From positions 9,824 to 61,977 of the forward strand of contig RQSC01000619.1 in the NCBI GenBank assembly GCA_013416795.1: 52,154 bases of DNA, read 5' to 3'. Position 1 is the stretch's first letter. Every line of letters starts with the position of its first letter. Shown here piece after piece: positions 11,201 through 20,828 of this stretch. The translations under genes were made by a program, and so were the position numbers. The notes beneath the pieces were generated by a model. It was not told the origin of the DNA. It saw nothing but the letters and a program-made list of their open reading frames with translations, and did no database searches. The DNA comes from Prasinococcaceae sp. CCMP 1430 (Eukaryota; Plantae; Prasinodermophyta).

Positions 11201-11737
11201 GCCGAGGCTGCGTGGAGCCTGCAGCTCACGGAGGAGCTGCAGGCGAGGCTCCAGCGCTTGGCAGCGGTCGGGGCAGAAACGAGCAGCGACCTCACGGCCA
11301 AGCTCACGAAGGCGAAGGAAGAGGGCGACAAGTATCGCGCCTCGGAGTCGAGGATGGCAGCCGAGCTCGAGGAAGCGCGACAAGACGTGCGCAGGCGCAC
11401 GGCTGAGGCGACCCAGGCGCAGGCCGAGGCCGCCAACAACCAGAGGCTCGCCGATGAATTGCAGTCGAGGCTCTCGCGCTTGGCAGCGAATGGGGGCGAG
11501 GCCAATGGCGAGATCGACGGCGGCCTGGCGGCGAGGCTGGAGCACGCGAAGGAGCAGGGGGACATTGAGGCGCAGGCAAGAATGGCAGTCGAGCTCGAGT
11601 CCTTGCGCGAGGCTGTGCGCGCGCGCACGGCCGAGGCGGCCCACGCGCACGCTGCCGCCGTGAGGAGCCAGCAGATCGCCGAGGAGATGAAGTCGAGGCT
11701 CGATCGCGCGTCCGAGCGCCTCCACACGCTGAATTAG
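8294..11737 (+). CDS. SAP-domain, repeat-rich long coiled-coil protein; 5' end in gap
   Basis: Open frame from the gap edge to TAG 11735-11737. SAP-like ELFALPINGLKPLLRDYGLQLGGKKAVLVERL at about 8635-8735, followed by Glu/Ala/Arg coiled coil and internal repeats. Confidence 0.75.
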   Translation, partial: AAVNGAVNGADGGDGADDGALARMLAEITDGDESGVNGTNGADGADGAGGAALARLLAEITDGEESDEEHEDADEDAADAADIAAQAKSTAAAASEKSASPAEKETARWAARAAELFALPINGLKPLLRDYGLQLGGKKAVLVERLVHREKEIVHKERERAAELALAEAEALSAKLTAEMDKRTAEAGTRAAEASSRRDALRFDMLYAELESEQAKWKEGEVARIQLQEKVDSLNAVLAQVEVRAATAEGERDLAQSQLVQLRAAAEKAQARMTAQLDAQRREGDVMRQRVHELSDQVVQAHAEAERSQRLFLEMQAKLAGERATAAETTKSYQAELASTRDRAERMRAEAQQAQAQMAAELDAARREGEAARQRVTELTEEVAQAQADLAEAVKRRVLELTETREKAEAHAAEADEAEAHKPEANEANHGEANAGEEDAGEEKLSIAETVKRRVLGLTQRPTSGGSLRRSGGRFGGAEPPAPPPGPAYLRRKEQKVEAQNEEVDAQEDVEEVEAQEGIEKVEAQEGGEKSEADTGDRVEAETGDRVEETGDKVEAPPPAEAPVHPPQPTYQAAGPPAPKPKKVPGHIARMEAARAKQAARAKGQGGQVGAQVGAKADVPPPAAVPPPAAVPPPAAVPPPAAAPVRTPEFLANQAAAPGASRPKKVPGHIARMEAARAKEAARATAQGGQVGAQGGAKADVPSPSAAPVRIPEFLANQAAAPGASRPKKVPGHIARMEAARAKAQGKQVGAEGRQTGEVQGGYNSQPQVESGRDDMLAKHAAELDAVRRKGEAERQRRDDMLAKHADELDALRLELEAARKRRDEMLAKHAAELHALRRELEVAHQRRDEMVAKHAAELDAVRREGEAERKRKDDMLAEKAAELDALRREGEAARKRVTELTEQLAQAQGGPQRDEFDALRREGEAARQRVTELTEQLARAQAGPVRDDASSTHDDGSFFTHGQTVQSRAEAAWSLQLTEELQARLQRLAAVGAETSSDLTAKLTKAKEEGDKYRASESRMAAELEEARQDVRRRTAEATQAQAEAANNQRLADELQSRLSRLAANGGEANGEIDGGLAARLEHAKEQGDIEAQARMAVELESLREAVRARTAEAAHAHAAAVRSQQIAEEMKSRLDRASERLHTLN
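10034..10525 (+). repeat. Three coding repeat units PKKVPGHIARMEAARAK with nested 18-nt PPPAAV repeats
   Basis: Units start at 10034, 10280 and 10472. The spacings 246 and 192 differ by 54 nt, equal to three extra 18-nt PPPAAV units (about 10148-10220). Units 2 and 3 are near-identical in DNA. Confidence 0.9.
10610..10984 (+). repeat. Five tandem 75-nt (25-aa) coding repeats, consensus RDDMLAKHAAELDA(V/L)RREGEAxRxR
   Basis: Read directly from the translation; units start at 10610, 10685, 10760, 10835 and 10910. Confidence 0.9.
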
Positions 11738-12021
11738 TAGTAGGTGCGCGCGAGCGCGGGCGTGTCAGCTGGACGCCTCGCCCCCCGGCGCTCGCGCGCG
11801 CGTGCGTACCTGTTCGGTAACACGTTGGTTTTCGTCCGCCCGCCGGCCACGGCACGGGCGCACTCCCCCCGGCCACGGAGCGAGCGCCGCGCGCCCGCCA
11901 GCCCNNNNNNNNNNNNNNNNNNNNNNNNNNNNNNNNNNNNNNNNNNNNNNNNNNNNNNNNNNNNNNNNNNNNNNNNNNNNNNNNNNNNNNNNNNNNNNNN
12001 NNNNNNNNNNNNNNNNNNNNN

Positions 12022-15000
12022 GCGGGTGCAGCGGAGGGCACGGGACGCGCTGCGTGCTGAGGCGGCGCGCGGCGGCGCGGCGCGTGGCTGGAGGCGGTCG
12101 TTCGGTCGCGCGTGGCCCCAGGGGGGCGCCCGCAGGCCGTGCCGCTGCGGGCGGCGATGCTGCCACCGGCGGTGATGATGTGCTCGCTGACCTGCTCGCG
12201 CAGATCATCGGGGAGGAGGAGGCAGCCGCGACGGCCCCAGAGGCCGCCGGTGCCACCGATGAAGACAAGTTCACGGACGAAGATGATTTCCTGTCCGATG
12301 AGCTCACCGCGGAGGATCTGAGCGAGGCGAATGACTTCGACGCGCTCACGGCAGACCTGGACGCGCTGGTGGGGACCCCGACCCCCACCAACGAAACGAA
12401 ACCCTCAGTAAGCGAGGACGCCACGCGCTGGGCGGCGCGTGCGGCCGAGCTGAGCGCTCTGCCAGTCGACAAAGGGCTCAAGCCACTGCTGCGTGAGTAC
12501 GGTCTCAAGCTCGGAGGCAAAAAGGCGGTGCTCGTGGAACGTCTCGTTGAGAAGGAGAAGGAGCTCGCCGCCGAACAGGCGGTGGCCGACGCCAAGGCTG
12601 CGCGCGTGGGGGCGCGCGTGGAGGCGCTCGAGTCGCGCGCGCGCGGATGGGCGGACCGCGCGCTCGCGCGCAACCGCGAGTCCATCGAGCGCGGCTGGGA
12701 GACCGAGTCGTACAATCTGTCCATGGGCATCGAGCCCGGGCAGGACGCGCCGCCCGAGCAAGCCGCTGAGGACGCGGACGCCACCACTGGCGACTTCGAC
12801 GCGTTCGACCTTTCGCGCTTCGACATGGTTGAGGAGGACGCTGCGGCCGCCGAGGCTGAGCGCGAGCGCGCGGAGGCTGAGGCTGCGGCAGCCGCCGCCG
12901 CCGCCGAGGCCGAGGCCGAGCGCGAGCGCAAGGCCAACGAGCCCAAGTACGATGCCGCCAAATTCAAGGCGACGGGCCTCGACATGGCAGGCATGGGCAT
13001 CGGATATGAGATGGGGCCCACCGACATGGCGAGCGTGGACCTGCACTCGGGGCAGGCGTACGCGGCGCTCGAGCTGCTGCAGGCGGAGGAGGATGAGCGC
13101 GCTCGTAAGGGCCGCCGCCGCCCCGAAGAGGAGTCGCTCGGCGAGGAGATGCGGCGGCGGCTGAATGTGGACGTGGAGGAGATGCTGCACGCGCTGGTGC
13201 TGCTCGAGGACTCGGCTTCGCTCGACGCGGAGCAGGCGCTGCAGGCCCTCAAAGGCGCGCTCGCACAAGCGCACGAGGGTGTGTCGGGCACGCACTACCG
13301 TCGCATGCTCCGTCAGGTTGGGCGTGATCGTCGCAAGGTCAACGCCCAGGTGGACATCGACCTCGATGGCCAGACCATCCAGATCCTCTCGCAGCGCATG
13401 GGTCGGCGCGGCGAAATCCTCGAGCAGCGCAACGACACGCCCATGGCCCTCGATGCCTACCGCCGCGGCTTCCTCAACGCGCTGCGCGCGCAGGTGAGCC
13501 GCCAGCAGCAGCGCGCGGCGAGATTCCTCGCCGAGGACTTGGAGGGGACCGTGGTTGAGGCCGAGGTGCGCCACGTGTCGGAGTTCACGGGCGAGGTGGA
13601 GCTCGAGCTCAGGATGTCGCGCTCGGAGCGCTCCAAGCTGCCCGGGCGCATGCGCACCATCGTGCCTCGCGCACAGCAGGTCAAAGGTGAGCACTACCGC
13701 GTGGGCGAGGTGCTTTCCGTTGTTGTGCAGTCCTTTGCAGAGGCGGAGCGCCCGCGGCGAGGAGAGGACAACACCGAGCGCTACGACTTTACCTCAGACC
13801 AGGAGCTCAACATCGATACCGAGACAGGCGCACCGCTCTCTACGCTACGCCCGGGCGAGGGCGACAAGCTGGTCTCGCGCGCAGCTGCCACTCTGACGTG
13901 CTCGCGCCGCGCGCCCGAGCTCGTGCGGGGCCTCGTCGAGCGCGTGGTTCCCGAGGTGACGGGCGAGGACAGCCTTCTACGGATCATGGGCGTGTCGCGC
14001 GAGCCTGGAAAGTTCACCAAGGTGGCCATCGCGGCGGGCACGCCTGGCGCCAGCTCCGAGTCGGCCGTGCGCGTCGCCGTGGGTGTCGATGGCATTAATT
14101 CACGGCGCCTCTCAGAGCTCCTCGGCGGCGAACAGGTCATCTTCGTGGAGTATGATGAGGATCCGCAACGATACCTGCGCAACGCGATGGACAGGTACTG
14201 GCGCGACGACGAACGCTCCGCCTTGTCTGCTGTGCTGGTGTACACCGACGACCACGGCGATGGTTGGGGCTATGTTGCTGCCAAGCCTGGCATGGGAGCC
14301 GCCATGGTGGGCTCAGGCGCCTGCAACGTGCGCACGGCGTCGGACCTCACCGGCCTCAAGCTGAGCGTCGTTGAAGAGGATGAGTTCGAAGAGATCATGA
14401 AGCGGCGCGACGAGCGCGAGGCGCGCCGCATGAGTGCCGGCTGGCGCGTGCACTCCCGCGGACGCTTCGAAGGCGAAGCCGCGGCTGCGGGCACGGACAG
14501 CGCTAGCAGCATGCTCGAGGTTGAGGGCGTGCCCAGGGTGGATGACGCCGACATGTATGCCATGGGCAAGGACGAAGCCACCGTGGGCCAGTATGATTTG
14601 GACTCGCTGCTCGACGGTTTCGGCACCCTCAACGGCCGTGGCCGTGGCCGCGGCGCGGGCGAGGCTGCCTCTTCCGCGTCCGCACAGTCGAGTCGCCCCT
14701 CGCCGTCCGATCGCGACAGCAGCCGTGGGGGAGCGGGCGCCGGCAGTTGGCGGCAGACGTACGCGCCGCCGTCCTCGGGCTTTGTCAGCAGCGGCGGCGG
14801 TGGCGAGAACGAGGAGGAAGATACCGACGGTGGCTTCTTGGACGGCGATTTCGACCTCGATGAGCTGCTGGGCTCCCTCGACGGCGATGCCACTCCTGCC
14901 ACGACTGGCGGCGGATTCGACGACGAGGAGGATGGAGTCGCCAGTGCGACGGCGGGCGCAGGGTGGGCGGGTGACACCGGTGATGGCGACGAGGAAGGCT

Positions 15001-15284
15001 TTGACCTCGACGAGGTTCTTGGCGCGGCGGTGGAAGGTGTGGGTGCAGGTGCCTCGGCGGAGGGCGGAGGCTTCTACCAGACCGCAAGCAGTGGCAGCGG
15101 CGGCTGGGCTGCCAACGAGGACGACGGCTGGGCCGATGGCGAGGATGATCTGTGGGCAGAGGAGGACGATGCCGAGTCTGAGGAAGCCCCCACGGATGCC
15201 AGTCCGGCCAAGGACGAGGCCACGAGCGACGACGCCCCGCAGGCGGGCGAGGACGATCTGGGCGTGGATGGCGTGTCGTGGTGA
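12022..15284 (+). CDS. nusA: SAP domain + bacterial-type NusA (NTD-S1-KH1-KH2) protein with acidic Gly-rich tail; probably organelle-targeted; start in gap
   Basis: IVPRAQQVKGEHYRVGEVL (S1), SRRAPELVRGLVERVVPEV, SREPGKFTKVAI, AVGVDGINSRRLSELLGGEQVIFVEYDEDPQRYLRNAM (KH1) and AMVGSGACNVRTASDLTGLKLSV (KH2) align in order with NusA. SAP motif at about 12445-12550. An Arg/Ala-rich segment right after the gap resembles a transit peptide. Confidence 0.85.
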
Positions 15285-16009
15285 GCGCCTGCGTAAACGA
15301 AAGCTACCTACGTTGATCGCCCCTCGCACACGCGGACGCGCGCGCCGAGGCAGGGGCGCAGCGCAATCGCCGCTGGCCGCGCGCGGCCCGCGCCAGCCCT
15401 CCATGCCGCGCGTGGCCGTGCCTCGCCTCGCGTGCGCTGTTCCGACGCCTGCAGCCTCCGTCTGTTTCTCGCTCTTCAGTTGTCTCTCATTGCCGCGCAT
15501 GAGCCATCTTCGGTGAAATGGATGTGCGTCGAGGGGCAGAGCTCGTCACCCACAACCACACATAAAAAAAACTGGTCTGGTCATTGCTCGCCCTCTGTTG
15601 ACGGCTCCGGCTGGCCCACAGCACGGGCTGTCTCCTCTAGAGCCTGTACACATGTGTCCGCGTTCGCACTTGCGGGGTGCTCGGCTGTTGGCCGACGCCT
15701 CCGAGGCGCGGGGCGGGCGCTTCGAAAGATGCCAACCTGCCTCGGGGCGCATCGTCGGGCGCCTGAAGACAGATGGCGGCGAAGTGATTTCCCCCGCGAA
15801 ATTTCCGCGGCGCGACGCATCGGCATCGGAGGGCGCGCGATCGGGCCGGCGGGCGGGAGGTGCGCCACTGCGCGAGCGAGCGTGGGGGCACAGGGGGGTG
15901 AGCGTCCCCGCGCGTCCGCGCGAGCGAGGCACCGACGCACGCCCGGGTTCCTACGGTCCCGCTGGGCGGAGGAGGGGCACGCCCCGGCGCAGGCGCCGCG
16001 CATTGAGTT

Positions 16010-18175
16010 ATGGCGACCGCGAGGAGCGATGGCGCGCGTCCTGCGGTGCCTCGAGCAGACTGCTTCGAGTTGTTGTTGTTGTTCGCGCTCGCTTGCACGG
16101 CGGGATGCGCCGCGGCGAAGCCTGAGGCGCGCGTGACGGGCGGCGCCGACGCGTCTGGCGATGACTTCGGCTTCGCCGTGCAGGTACGAACAGAATGTCT
16201 TCTTCGGAGTTCAGATAAGCCCACTAGGCAATGACTGCGGCAAGAGTGCGTCGGCAAGAGCGCCGCGAGCACGCGAGCCACGCGATGTCGATACGCGCTC
16301 ACGCGGCTTGCGCATACGCGCGGCATGCCTCCGTCCGCGTGCTGCGACGTGACAGGTGGGCCTCACGCTGAGCCCCGCTTCGGGACTGGAGCCGTATTGC
16401 AGCGGCTCGCTCATCGCGCCGGACTGGGTCATCACGGCTGGGGCCTGCGTGGGTTTGCCGCCCAACACAGACAACCCCTTGCCATTCGAGTTTCCGCCTG
16501 AGATCATGTGGGTGGTGGCTGGCACGAACGAGTCCGTTGTGACCGGCTCGAGCTCGCCGCCTCCTAACGGGCAGCTTCGTAGCGTGACCCAGATCATCAC
16601 GCACCCGCTCTTTGATTTCTCGGAGGTCGGCTACGCCGTCGCATTGCTCAAGCTGAATCTGCCTGTGCTCGGCGTTCCCACAGTTGCGCTCGCCGCAGAG
16701 CCCGGATGGGAGCGCACGGGGGCCGACCTCTACCTGGCCGGATACGGGAGCGAGGTATTTAGCGACGAATTGCCGTTTGGCGCGACAAACGGCAAGGACC
16801 TTCCGCAAGGTCTGCACTACGGCGTGTTGGACCTCCTTTCCGAAGGCAGCAATCCCTGCGTTGGGTGGAGCGACAACATCTTCTCAGGGAGTGACATGCT
16901 ATGCATGGGTACGTTGCGCTACCGCCGACGCAAGCCGCCTCGCTGCGCTGGTCGCGACGTGACAACGCCGTGCTGACGCGGGCGGGCGCGCATCGGCGCC
17001 GCGCCGCTGCTCGCAGGCGGATGTCTGGGGAACGTGGGAGCCTGCGTTGGGGATCTCGGGGCACCGGTGACAGTGCTCGGGACCGACGGCGAGCCGGTAC
17101 TCGTGGGCGTCTTTTCCATCGGTCCGCCGGGCGGTTGCCTTACGGCGGAGCCCGAGATTGCGTCACGCGTGGACAACAAGGTGTCATGGATTGTCGAAAC
17201 CGCCGGGCTCGACAGCGGTGTTGCACTCGGCACGCCGTGCACGGGTGCGCTCGACGCAGGCCAGCAGTGCCAAAGCAGCGCGCTGGTCCCGTGGGCCGCC
17301 GGCACACCCGCCCCAAGTGCAGCCGCGTGCGGCGCGACAGAGCCCCTCCAGAACTTTACGGACCAGAACGGCGACGACACCTCTCCGTCAGTGGCCATTC
17401 CTCTCTGGAGCGGAGGCGCGGAGGAGGTATGGGAGCAGCCAGCGCGCCCGCGCTGTGCGCGGGCTCACATGGCCTCGCAAGATCGTGCATAGCAACGCTG
17501 ACTGCCTCTGCTGACCTTTCTCTCGTCTATCTCGACCAACACTGGCAGGATGTGGACATCTTCGGCAGTTGCCCGGATGTGTTGGCCAGCCCTACTGCGG
17601 CGCGGCCGTCTGAAGGCGGCAGCGCGAACATACCCATCGGGACCGTTGGCATCCTCCTGTCCCCGACCACAACGGGGTGCCTCGTTGATCTGGTGCACAC
17701 GACGAAGCTGTTCGCTCCCTGCGTCGAGATCAACGCATGGTTCAAGCCCCTTTCCGCGTTTGACCCCGAGCGTTTCATCGTCACGTATGCGCTCGCGACC
17801 AACGGCGTCATCGCAGACCTGGACGCCGCCATGTTCAGCTCGGGCAGGCTCGAAGTCACCGACGGCGCGAATCCGCCACAGCAAGGCGCGTGGACGCGAA
17901 TCAAGTTTGTTACGGACCAGGCTGGCGCCGAAGGGAACACCGTCACTATGATCGCCAGTCAAGCTGGACAGTCAACGGTGTTTGACGCAATCACCGGAAG
18001 CAATACCTTTGGCTTCGCCACGGATGACATCGAGGTCTCGCTCGCCAGCTGCAGCGGCGCGCCTGCGCCGAGCTCTGCTGGTGAGGTCGGGGAGGGAGGG
18101 CCAGAAGATATCGAGCTGGACATCGACGAGACAGCCAACGGCGACGCTGAGACGGCGGGCAGCGACGGCGTCTGA
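16010..18175 (+). CDS. Secreted trypsin-fold serine protease homolog (catalytically dead) with C-terminal extension; 4 exons
   Basis: Exons 16010-16183, 16356-16908, 17017-17426 and 17549-18175, all GT-AG and frame-consistent. Signal-like LLLLFALACTAGCAAA, activation site R|VTGG, motifs CSGSLIAPDWVITAGAC, YAVALLKL and GACVGDLGAPV. Confidence 0.82.
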
Positions 18176-18485
18176 TTGAACGCACGTGCTGTGCCACCGC
18201 ACGCGGATGCGAGAGCCGCGCAGCCGCGCCTGTGAGCCACGGGGAGCCACGCTCTTTTCCCTCAGTGTCCGGCAGGCTGCGCAGGGCCGTCAACGTGTTA
18301 ATTGCTAACCACTATCGCCAACGTGAAAAGTAAAGCAAAGTGATGATTACGCGGGGGCTGAAAAAGTTCAACGGTTTTCGCTGACTCAGCACCCACAGCT
18401 CGAAAAGGAAAAGCGCAGCACGCCGCGCGCCCGCCTGCGCGCCACAGAGGGAGCGCCCTGCCGGGGGGGGAGGAGAGGGAGGACC

Positions 18486-19769
18486 GTGGTGCCCAGCTGC
18501 GGCGCGTCTGCGGGCGGCAATGGCGACGAGGGGCGTGGCGCGGGCGCCGCTGCGGGCGCCGGCGCGGCGCGAGCGCGCGTGCGGCCGCGGCCTCGTCGCG
18601 CGTCCGCGCATGCGGCAGAGGCCGGTGCGGAGGCTTCAGGTGCCCAGACGCACGCAGACGGCACTGCTGCGCGAGCGAGCGTGGCCGCGTTCCCGCGACC
18701 GCGCTCGCCCGCGCGCTACTACGCCTTGCCCCTGTCTGTCGCGGCTGCGTGTGTCGCGTCCGCAGCGGGCGCGGCCCCGTCAATGCTCGCCCCTGGGATA
18801 GCGTTCGTTGTGGTGCCGCTGGTCGACGCTTTCCTCGGCGAGGACACGAGCCCGCCGCTGCCAGACGATGGCAGCGGCCGCGCGCTGCCCTCGTTGCACT
18901 ACCGTGCCCCGCTGTTGACTTTCGCTTTCGTCGCCATGGCGTCGCTGCCGTACTGCTGCGCACGCTTCTGCGTGCAAGCGTCGGCTGCGCTCGCGCACAC
19001 GAGCGCGCCAGGTGCCCTCGGTCTGGTCGCCCTCGTGCTCTCTTCGGGCGTGGTCGGGGGTCTGGGAATCAACGTTGCTCACGAGCTGGTGCATAGCACG
19101 CGTCGAAGCGAGCGTGTGCTGGCGCGCGTCCTTCTGAGCTTTTACTGCTACGTGTATTGGGCAACGAGCCACCTCAGTCATCACAGGCACGTCGGGCTTC
19201 CTGAGCGCGACAGCGCGACGGCAGCACTCGGCGAGACAGTCTGGGGCTTTGCTGCGCGTGCACCGGCCAAAAACCTCCGCCTTGCCCTACACGACGAGCG
19301 ACGCCGGCTGCGCAGGGCCGAGTGGGTGCTCGGGCCGTCGGTCGTGTGCGGCACGCTGTGCGCGCTGTACGGTCCGCTCGCGAGCGTGTTCTACGCCGCT
19401 CAGGCAGCCGTGGCAGTCTTCTTGCTCGAAACAGTCAATTTTGTCGAGCACTACGGGCTTCAAAGGCAGTCGCGCCGCAAAAGCGCGCCACCATCGACTG
19501 AGATCAGCTGGAATGGATCGTGGCCAGCTTCCGACGCCCTGCTCTTCAACCTGCAGCGCCACGCGGATCACCACGATGCCGGGCGCGCGTCAGTGCCGTA
19601 CGAGCGGCTCAGGCTGCACTCGGAGGGCGCCATGAGCGCGCCCCGCCTGCCGGCCAGCTACCCCGTGCTCATACTGCTGAGCGTCTTCATGCCACCGCTC
19701 TACTCGCGGCTCATGGACGGGCGCGCTCGCGAGGCCAACGCGCGCGCCCGCGCCTTGTACGAGACGTGA
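18486..19769 (+). CDS. alkB: AlkB-like membrane di-iron alkane 1-monooxygenase (desaturase superfamily); start codon unresolved
   Basis: His motifs NVAHELVH, SHLSHHRHVG, LETVNFVEHYGLQR and LLFNLQRHADHH, plus APRLPASYP. The first in-frame ATG (18783) lies inside the first TM region, so the real start is likely upstream; an out-of-frame ATG at 18520 may join via an unresolved intron. Confidence 0.85.
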   Translation: MVPSCGASAGGNGDEGRGAGAAAGAGAARARVRPRPRRASAHAAEAGAEASGAQTHADGTAARASVAAFPRPRSPARYYALPLSVAAACVASAAGAAPSMLAPGIAFVVVPLVDAFLGEDTSPPLPDDGSGRALPSLHYRAPLLTFAFVAMASLPYCCARFCVQASAALAHTSAPGALGLVALVLSSGVVGGLGINVAHELVHSTRRSERVLARVLLSFYCYVYWATSHLSHHRHVGLPERDSATAALGETVWGFAARAPAKNLRLALHDERRRLRRAEWVLGPSVVCGTLCALYGPLASVFYAAQAAVAVFLLETVNFVEHYGLQRQSRRKSAPPSTEISWNGSWPASDALLFNLQRHADHHDAGRASVPYERLRLHSEGAMSAPRLPASYPVLILLSVFMPPLYSRLMDGRAREANARARALYET

Positions 19770-19854
19770 AACTGCGCGACCTCCCACCCATGTACACAAT
19801 TCATCAATCCACCCAATAAAGTTACATAGTGTACAGCGCCGCTGTCGTTCGCCG

Positions 19855-20685
19855 CTACATGCGTCTTCGCAGCATGTTGTCGACCGCCTCCGCGTTGAAG
19901 GCTCCAGGCAGCTCTCGAAAGTCGTCATTGAAGATCGAGTAAGCCGACACCTCACCCGCGCGCCTCACACCGAGATTGCATGCAATGCCGGTGACGATGG
20001 AACCCATCACGAAGAGCTCAGGCACGCCCACAGCCGCGCTACCACGCAGCGCGACCAGCCACGCAATCAGGGAAGCCCACACCGCGGGTCGCACAGAGAG
20101 GAGCACGTAGCATAGGGCCTCGGGCAAGCACAGCGTGACGCGCAAAAATGAGTATGCGCGGCCGCGAAGCCTCTGCGGCACTGCGAGTGCCATCGCCCAC
20201 GCGGGCCAGCAGAGGAAGCGGCTGTCAGCATGTGCGTCGTCGGCAGCCCCTACCAGCACCGCGACACACGCGTTGCGGGGCGCGCGATTTCGCAACGACG
20301 ACGCAGACGCACCCACGAGCGGCTCGTCCTCAGGAGTCTCGTCGCCGGTGCGCTCGGCGCGGGCCGCACGCCGCTCGGCCTCGGCCTCGATTACCTCCCT
20401 CTCGCGCGCAGCGCTTACAGGGACGCCGGCGCTTCCGAGCATAAGCGTCGCGCCGTCGGGCACGCCATTGAGCGCCGCGGGGTCGTCCGGTGGCAGCCTC
20501 GCGCCGCGGAAGAGCAGCGTTGCGCCGCTACCTGCGGGCGCGCCGACCGCATGCAGCACGTCCGCGGGCGTGCACTTGCCACGCGCGAGCCCCACGGCGC
20601 ACCGTCGCCCGCCGAGCGCGGGCGCAAGCACGCTGACCGAGAAGGTCGCGCCTGCGTTCTTCTCGTCGCCCGCGCCTGCCACCAT
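19855..20685 (-). CDS. SAYSD1: Ubiquitin-like + SAYSvFN-motif membrane protein
   Basis: N-terminal Ubl-like segment (TLLFRGARLPPDD...GVPDGATLMLG), TM hairpin, C-terminal GEVSAYSIFNDDFRELPGAFNAEAVDNMLR. TTACA at 19822-19826. Confidence 0.85.
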   Translation of the reverse strand: MVAGAGDEKNAGATFSVSVLAPALGGRRCAVGLARGKCTPADVLHAVGAPAGSGATLLFRGARLPPDDPAALNGVPDGATLMLGSAGVPVSAAREREVIEAEAERRAARAERTGDETPEDEPLVGASASSLRNRAPRNACVAVLVGAADDAHADSRFLCWPAWAMALAVPQRLRGRAYSFLRVTLCLPEALCYVLLSVRPAVWASLIAWLVALRGSAAVGVPELFVMGSIVTGIACNLGVRRAGEVSAYSIFNDDFRELPGAFNAEAVDNMLRRRM

Positions 20686-20828
20686 CGCGACAGCGCGTGG
20701 ATTGCGCCACGCCGTGCCGCGCTGCGCCTCTCGCGCGCACTCTGGGATACTGGCGGGTTGGTGCACTGGTCAGGGGCATTTTTTTTTCAATTTCCGGCCG
20801 GTGCCACTTCGCGCGCCCGCGGCAGAGC

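Noticed and set aside
7061-11725. Very long antisense and alternative-frame ORFs (e.g. 7061-11725 -, 3390-4871 -, 12405-13694 -, 38928-39911 +)
   Set aside because: Shadow ORFs expected at this GC content; no motifs, and they overlap well-supported genes.
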